DNA from: an uncultured Syntrophus sp.
GTDB lineage: Bacteria; Desulfobacterota; Syntrophia; Syntrophales; Syntrophaceae
Direction of reading: 5' to 3'
Length of the DNA: 64,000 nt
NCBI GenBank assembly: GCA_963665935.1
Contig: OY762510.1
Span: 1,256,347 to 1,320,346 of the forward strand
Shown in pieces: positions 58,764 to 64,000 of the stretch. The notes beneath the pieces are model-generated. The model saw only the letters and a program-made list of their open reading frames with translations. It was not told the origin of the DNA and did no database searches. The position numbers were made by a program, and so were the translations under genes. Position 1 is the first letter of the stretch. Every line of letters begins with the position of its first letter.

Positions 58764-59387
58764 ATGGGCCTTCTCAACCTTTTGCTTCAAGATCCGGTCA
58801 CCTTTGTCCTGCTTGCTGTCCCCCTGCTGTATTCGATTATTCTTCACGAACTGGCGCACGGCTGGGTGGCCTGGCGCATGGGAGATCCGACGGCCAAATG
58901 GTTGGGCAGGCTGACGTTGAATCCCCTGAAGCATCTTGATCCGCTGGGGACGGCCATGCTCTTTCTCTTCGGGTTCGGCTGGGCCAAGCCGGTGCCTGTC
59001 AACCTCGGCAACATCCCCGACACGCGTCGGGGGCTCATCTTCGTTTCATCCGCAGGGATCATTGCCAACATGATCGTGGCCTTTCTGGCCTTGCTGGCCT
59101 GGCGCATTCTGGCGCCGCCACCTCTGAGCAATCTGGCCAAGATTCTTTATTATCTGGCCCAGATCAATATCATGCTGGCTTCCTTCAACCTGATTCCCAT
59201 TCCACCCCTGGATGGTTCGAAGATCCTGATGGGATTTTCTTCCGTACAGTTCCGCAATACCCTTTCCCGCATCGAACCCTATGGGTTTTTCATCATTATC
59301 GGCTTGCTTTACCTCGGTATCCTCGATCCGGTGATTGCCTTTTTCCGGTGGCTGATCCTGGCTCTTCTCGGCATCCTCCTGCCTTGA
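58764..59387 (+). CDS. site-2 protease family (M50) membrane metalloprotease
   Basis: 207 aa with HELAHG (HExxH), LNPLKHLDPLG and NLIPIPPLDGSK. Confidence 0.85.
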   Translation: MGLLNLLLQDPVTFVLLAVPLLYSIILHELAHGWVAWRMGDPTAKWLGRLTLNPLKHLDPLGTAMLFLFGFGWAKPVPVNLGNIPDTRRGLIFVSSAGIIANMIVAFLALLAWRILAPPPLSNLAKILYYLAQINIMLASFNLIPIPPLDGSKILMGFSSVQFRNTLSRIEPYGFFIIIGLLYLGILDPVIAFFRWLILALLGILLP

Positions 59388-59555
59388 ACGGAACGATGGC
59401 GAAGGGAAACAGGCCCGGTCTTCTCGGGGGCAGGGATCAAGGATTGCGTGAAACTTCCAGAGCGGATCTATTCGGATAAAAATCCGGTTGCATTCCGGCA
59501 GGCAATGGAATAAGGACCGCTCATCCGCCATTTTATTCATACATAGGGATTGACC

Positions 59556-61163
59556 ATGAAAATCAAGTTTTTAGGTGCGGCAAGGACCGTAACGGGATCG
59601 TGTTATATCCTGGAAACGGCTGGACATCGATTCGCGATTGACTGCGGCATGCATCAGGGCAATGCGGAAATTGAGAAACGGAACTGGGATGTGGACCTCT
59701 ATGAACCCGAAAAAATCGAGTTTTTTCTGATCACCCATGCCCACATCGATCATTCCGGCCTTCTGCCCCGTCTCGTTCAGAAGGGATTCCGGGGGCCGAT
59801 TTATGCGACTCCGCCGACGGCGGATCTGCTGAGGATTCTCCTGCTGGATTCCGCGCACATCCAGGAAATGGAAGCGCAATGGAAAAGCCGGAAGCGTCTG
59901 CGCTTCGGGGAGAAACGCGTCGGGCCGCTGTATACCCAGCGGGATGCCCAGGCGGTCTTTCCCCTGCTCAAGAACGTCTCCTATGATAAACCCTTTGAAC
60001 CTTTTCCGGGACTGAAGGTGAACTTCAGCGATGCCGGGCATATCCTGGGCGCCGCGTTCCTTGAGCTGTGGTTGAAGGAAAACGGTGCGCCTGCGAAAAT
60101 GGTCTTTTCCGGGGATATCGGCCGGCCGGCGCAATTGCTCATGGAAGATCCCGGAATTGTCGGTGAGGCGGATTATCTCTTTCTCGAATCCACCTACGGC
60201 AACCGGGATCACAAGAATGAAAAGGACAGCCTGAATGAACTGGCCGAGGCGATCGCTTACAGTTACAAAAGCAGGGAGAAGATGGTCATTCCGGCCTTTG
60301 CCGTCGAACGGACCCAGGAGATGATGTACTGTCTCTACCTGCTTTCCCGGGACGGCCGCTTGCCGAAGGACATGCCCATTTACCTGGACAGTCCCCTGGC
60401 GATTCAGGCCACGGAAATCTTCCGCCGTAATGCTGCTTTTCTGGATGAAGAAACACAGGAATTGATCAAAAAGGGTGAAGATCCCCTGCACCTGCCCCAG
60501 CTCCGTACGACGCCGACCACGGAGGAATCCATGGCCATCAACACCTACGAGGGACCGGCCATCATTCTTTCCGCCAGCGGCATGGCCGATGCCGGCCGGA
60601 TTCGCCATCACCTCCGCCACAATCTCTGGCGGGAAGGGGCCAGCATCGTCTTTGTGGGCTTTCAGGCCCAGGGAACCACGGGACGCAAAATAATCGACGG
60701 CGCCAAGAAGGTGCGTATCCTAAATGAGCAGGTCGCCGTCAAGGCCCGGATCTTCACGATCGGCGGTTTCTCCGCCCATGCCGGGCAGAGCCAGCTGCTG
60801 AAATGGCTGAGCCACTTCCGCAATGGGAATCTGGAGGTCTTCCTCGTTCACGGCGAGTATGACGCCCAGCAGGTTCTGGCGGAGCGTATCCGGGAGCGGT
60901 TCGGCTACAAGGTGATCATTCCGGAATACCTGGAAGAAACGGTCCTGAAAATCGGCGAGGAGATTCAGAGAGTGGAATTTCCGGAAAAGGCGGCGCCGAG
61001 GATCGACTGGGCCTATCTTATTGGAGATCTGGAAGTTCGGCTGGCGCAACTGCGCCAGAGGCAGCCGCAACTGGAGGCCAAACCCTGGGTGGAACAGACC
61101 GAAGTGCGGGATCGAATTCTGGAACTGAACCGCGACCTGATGGAGACCATTTCGGAAATCTGA
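59556..61163 (+). CDS. MBL-fold beta-CASP family RNase-like hydrolase
   Basis: MKIKFLGAARTVTGSCY...ITHAHIDHSG...ESTYG...GFSAHAG..LVHGE. The ATG at 59556 is preferred to the TTG at 59550. Confidence 0.85.
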   Translation: MKIKFLGAARTVTGSCYILETAGHRFAIDCGMHQGNAEIEKRNWDVDLYEPEKIEFFLITHAHIDHSGLLPRLVQKGFRGPIYATPPTADLLRILLLDSAHIQEMEAQWKSRKRLRFGEKRVGPLYTQRDAQAVFPLLKNVSYDKPFEPFPGLKVNFSDAGHILGAAFLELWLKENGAPAKMVFSGDIGRPAQLLMEDPGIVGEADYLFLESTYGNRDHKNEKDSLNELAEAIAYSYKSREKMVIPAFAVERTQEMMYCLYLLSRDGRLPKDMPIYLDSPLAIQATEIFRRNAAFLDEETQELIKKGEDPLHLPQLRTTPTTEESMAINTYEGPAIILSASGMADAGRIRHHLRHNLWREGASIVFVGFQAQGTTGRKIIDGAKKVRILNEQVAVKARIFTIGGFSAHAGQSQLLKWLSHFRNGNLEVFLVHGEYDAQQVLAERIRERFGYKVIIPEYLEETVLKIGEEIQRVEFPEKAAPRIDWAYLIGDLEVRLAQLRQRQPQLEAKPWVEQTEVRDRILELNRDLMETISEI

Positions 61164-61174
61164 TATCGACGAAT

Positions 61175-61750
61175 CTATTGCACCAGACGATATTCAAACG
61201 TCGCAACGATGTTCAATCGGGAAAGCTGGAAATTTTCCGGCAGAGGGGCGAAATGTGGCGTTTTGACAGCCTGCAGGCTGGCCTCATCCAGCAAGTCCGA
61301 CCCGGATGACCGGAGTATGGCGGTATCCACAACTTCTCCGGTCGCTGCAAGGGAAAACCGGATGACCGTCGTCCCCTCTTCTCTCAACGCCGTAGCCTTT
61401 TCAGGATAAATCCAGGTTCTTTCGATTTTTTCCCTTAACGCCTTTAGATAAGGCCGATAACGCTGCTCCCGGCTGTTGAGGTCTACCGTTGCCTCGCGGA
61501 CATTTTTCTGAGGGGAAACCACAGTCTTTTTAGCGGAGGGAGCCGGAGGATGGGGCTTGGGAAGCGGCGGTTTCCGGGGAGCGGTTTTTTCCTTACTGGC
61601 GGCAAACATCTCCGTAAGTTCAACGGTCACAACCTGCTCAGGTTGCCTTTTCCCCCGCCATTCCATCAGGCTGATCAGCGACAGGGCGGCAAGATGAATG
61701 ATCAGGGAGATCAGAACGGAATAAAGGAGAATTTTGTTTGTGGACATCAT
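61175..61750 (-). CDS. TonB-family protein (C-terminal TonB domain)
   Basis: 191 aa with an N-terminal TM anchor, a Pro/Lys-rich linker (PRKPPLPKPHPPAPSAKK) and a C-terminal YPEKATALREEGTTVIRFSL... Confidence 0.8.
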   Translation of the reverse strand: MMSTNKILLYSVLISLIIHLAALSLISLMEWRGKRQPEQVVTVELTEMFAASKEKTAPRKPPLPKPHPPAPSAKKTVVSPQKNVREATVDLNSREQRYRPYLKALREKIERTWIYPEKATALREEGTTVIRFSLAATGEVVDTAILRSSGSDLLDEASLQAVKTPHFAPLPENFQLSRLNIVATFEYRLVQ

Positions 61751-61823
61751 GACCTTATCTTCACTTCAGTGACGAAAGCATAGAATAGGAAATCTTTAAA
61801 ATCAACAGTTGGATCTTAATCAT

Positions 61824-62363
61824 ATGGAGAAAGAGTCTTCAGAGCTTGTGCTCGAACACGATCTTGAATCCCGTGCTGCAGAATCCAGGAAATACCGTGA
61901 TGAGCGAATGATGCGCCTTGCCCTCGATGAGGCCCGTCTGGCCGCGCGAGAGGGGGAAGTGCCGGTCGGGGCCGTGATCGTCTGGAGAAACCTGGTGATC
62001 GCCGGAAGTCACAACCAACCGATTGCCCGCCATGACCCCACGGCTCATGCAGAGATCCTGGCTATCCGGCATGCATCGGAAATCATTAAAAATTACCGTA
62101 TGACGGGGATGACCCTCTATGTGACGCTGGAGCCCTGCATCATGTGTGCCGGGGCGATTTTGCAGGCCCGGCTGGCAAGGGTTGTGTACGGGGCAGGCGA
62201 TCCAAAAGGCGGTGCGGTAGACTCCCTGTACCGGATGTTTCAGGATACCCGGCTTAATCATTCCGTCGAGGTGACCAGGGGCGTTTTGTCAATGCCCTGC
62301 GGGGAAATTTTAAGTGGATTTTTCCGGGAAAAGAGGATAACATCCCGCACTCTAAATATCTGA
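61824..62363 (+). CDS. tadA: tRNA adenosine(34) deaminase
   Basis: Carries the HAEILAIR and PCIMCAGA zinc motifs. The start is taken at ATG 61824 (the track start is TTG 61809), so the true start is uncertain. Confidence 0.9.
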   Translation: MEKESSELVLEHDLESRAAESRKYRDERMMRLALDEARLAAREGEVPVGAVIVWRNLVIAGSHNQPIARHDPTAHAEILAIRHASEIIKNYRMTGMTLYVTLEPCIMCAGAILQARLARVVYGAGDPKGGAVDSLYRMFQDTRLNHSVEVTRGVLSMPCGEILSGFFREKRITSRTLNI

Positions 62364-62390
62364 TGGTAATGATTCAAGGATTGATCTTGC

Positions 62391-62484
62391 GGAGAGGTAC
62401 CGAAGTGGCCGTAACGGGATCGACTCGAAATCGATTTGGGGGTCAAAAGCTCTCACGGGGGTTCGAATCCCCCTCTCTCCGCCA
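62391..62484 (+). tRNA. tRNA-Ser (anticodon CGA), CCA encoded
   Basis: Hand-folded: acceptor GGAGAGG/TCTCTCC, anticodon stem ATCGA/TCGAT with loop CTCGAAA, a long variable arm, T-arm GGGGG-TTCGAAT-CCCCC, discriminator G and CCA. Confidence 0.9.
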
Positions 62485-62692
62485 ATTATACCCACTTCAT
62501 CAGAACTAAAGAGAAGATCAGAAGGGAAAGGCAGAGGCGAAAGAGGCCGCCATACGACGGATACGCCGGGAAGACAATGACAAGGCCAGGAACACCGTTA
62601 TCCGAAAAAGCGATTTCATATTAAAAAGGAGTGGTGTTTTTTCTTTTTTTCTGTTAGGGAGCTTGCGTCATTTTTAGCGGCTGTTTCTTTGA

Positions 62693-62786
<94 letters not shown>

Positions 62787-62858
62787 GTTCCTTCCTGCGA
62801 GAAGTGATTTTTCGCCCGCCGCGAAAAAAGATTTTTAGACGGGATCCTTTTCAATATA

Positions 62859-62960
62859 GATAGCCGGGCCCCGCGCAACGATGGCGTGCGAACCCCGTCA
62901 GGTCCGGAAGGAAGCAGCGGTAGCAATGTCCAGCGTGTGCTGCGGATCAGCCTGGCTATC
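62859..62960 (+). ncRNA. ffs: signal recognition particle RNA (small bacterial 4.5S type)
   Basis: Contains the conserved GTCAGGTCCGGAAGGAAGCAGC domain IV motif. The 5' GATAGCCGGGC pairs with the 3' GCCTGGCTATC. The tRNA-Ser / ffs / dnaX order is a common arrangement. Confidence 0.85.
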
Positions 62961-63168
62961 TTCTTTCCGCCGAAAATGACCGTCCGCATATTCCCAGATC
63001 CAGAGCGTGCCGTCCCGGTTTTTTGTCGGAGTTTTTCTGAACATCTTCGTACTCCCAGCGTGATCGTGAGGTTCCCGACAGGAAAATCTCCTCTTCCGTT
63101 TTGATCATCCCCTTTTGCCGAAGAGGGGTCGGCGAAATCTTCGGCAAGTGTTCTCTGTCGGAGTTCTT

Positions 63169-64000
63169 ATGGATTATCTCGTTTTAGCCCGGAAATGGAG
63201 ACCCCAGGTCTTCGAGGACGTGGTGGGTCAGCCCCATGTCGTCCAGACCCTGAAAAATGCCATCCGTCAGGATCGGATCGCCCATGCCTTTCTCTTCAGC
63301 GGCCCGCGGGGGGTCGGCAAGACCTCCGTCGCCCGCATCCTGTCCAAGGCCATCAACTGTGAACACGGGCCGGCTGAAATCCCCTGCAATGCCTGCACAA
63401 ACTGCCGGGAGATCACGGAGGGCGTTTCTCTGGACGTCCGGGAAATCGACGGCGCCTCCAACCGGGGGATCGACGAAATCCGTGAGCTCCGCGAGCGGAT
63501 CCGTTTCCTTCCCATTTCCTGCCGGTATAAAGTCTATATCATCGATGAAGTGCACATGCTGACCCGGGAGGCCTTCAACGCCCTGCTGAAGACCCTCGAG
63601 GAACCTCCCGCCCACGTCGTATTCATGTTTGCCACGACGGAAACCAACAAAGTCCCCGCAACTATTCTTTCCCGCTGTCAGAACTTTGAATTCCGCCGCC
63701 TTTCCCTCCGCCAGATTGCAGAACAGTTGAGAAAGATCTCGGAGGCCGAAAACATTGAAATCAGCGATGCCGGGCTGGCCTGGGTTGCCGAGGCGGGGGA
63801 CGGCAGCATGCGGGACTCGGAGAGTATCTTTGATCAGGTGATTTCTTATGCCGGGACGACGATTCAGGATGAGGCCGTGGAGGAACTGCTCGGCAGAACC
63901 GACCGCCGGTTTCTCTTTCAGCTGTCCGAGGCGGTCCTGCGCCGCGATGCGGGACACTGCCTGAAGATCGTCGAAGAAGGATATTACGCCGGCCTGGACA
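63169..64000 (+). CDS. dnaX: DNA polymerase III subunit gamma/tau, N-terminal part (runs off the window)
   Basis: Absent from the track because its end is open. MDYLVLARKWRPQVFEDVVGQPHVVQTLKNAIRQDRIAHAFLFSGPRGVGKTS...IDEVHML...SRC. ORF 63184..63957 on the minus strand is its shadow. Confidence 0.95.
   Translation, partial: MDYLVLARKWRPQVFEDVVGQPHVVQTLKNAIRQDRIAHAFLFSGPRGVGKTSVARILSKAINCEHGPAEIPCNACTNCREITEGVSLDVREIDGASNRGIDEIRELRERIRFLPISCRYKVYIIDEVHMLTREAFNALLKTLEEPPAHVVFMFATTETNKVPATILSRCQNFEFRRLSLRQIAEQLRKISEAENIEISDAGLAWVAEAGDGSMRDSESIFDQVISYAGTTIQDEAVEELLGRTDRRFLFQLSEAVLRRDAGHCLKIVEEGYYAGLD

Overview
The window looks like a chromosomal segment from a moderately GC-rich Gram-negative bacterium. 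Gene content suggests a Desulfobacterota/deltaproteobacterial-type organism, but that is inference only. Supporting traits are PEP-CTERM proteins behind sigma54-type promoters, many Hanks kinases and receiver domains, and a dapF plus LL-DAP-aminotransferase pair.

The backbone, in order:
- A partial alpha/beta hydrolase, a DUF4143 ATPase and a CBS protein.
- A minus-strand gene string: Fe-ADH, a giant MORN/coiled-coil protein, a small MORN protein, an acetyl-CoA hydrolase/GNAT fusion and a DUF4062/AlbA_2/HATPase_c_4 protein.
- A MacAB-like ABC exporter (MFP, ATPase, two FtsX permeases).
- A heat-shock block: dnaJ, groEL, groES and three tandem hsp20 genes.
- An L,D-transpeptidase.
- A dense Ser/Thr-phosphorylation, receiver, PilZ, CheX and cNMP signalling cluster.
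- An EamA transporter, an FmdB zinc ribbon, an M48 protease, a DEAD-box helicase, a YitJ-like HMT/MTHFR fusion and an MBL hydrolase.
- A c-di-GMP module (RR, DUF3391-like, HDOD, pseudo-REC-GGDEF).
- pcnB, dapF, a dapL-like gene, ychF, an M50 protease, a beta-CASP RNase, a TonB-like protein, tadA, two tRNA-Ser genes, SRP RNA and the 5' part of dnaX.

Two visibly AT-richer accessory patches interrupt this backbone, at about 11.1-15.4 kb and 48.3-55.6 kb.

Most interesting observations:
1. An IS1182-type element whose precise removal (keeping one CTAG) fuses a 4-TM ORF in frame to a KAP-family P-loop NTPase.
2. Three tandem IS200-like Y1 (RAYT-like) transposase copies. Only one is intact, and it is bracketed by 18-bp inverted repeats.
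3. An integron attC-like palindrome and core sites framing a secreted-protein ORF, with no integrase in view.
4. A 1050-aa MORN / roughly 10.5 x 67-72-aa coiled-coil repeat / MORN protein.
5. A perfect 273-bp tandem duplication of the 3' end of a CHASE2 Ser/Thr kinase gene.
6. A REC-PilZ-Hanks kinase fusion inside the signalling supercluster.

No CRISPR array, rRNA or prophage was seen. Many long ORFs in the track are antisense shadows of real genes and were not called.
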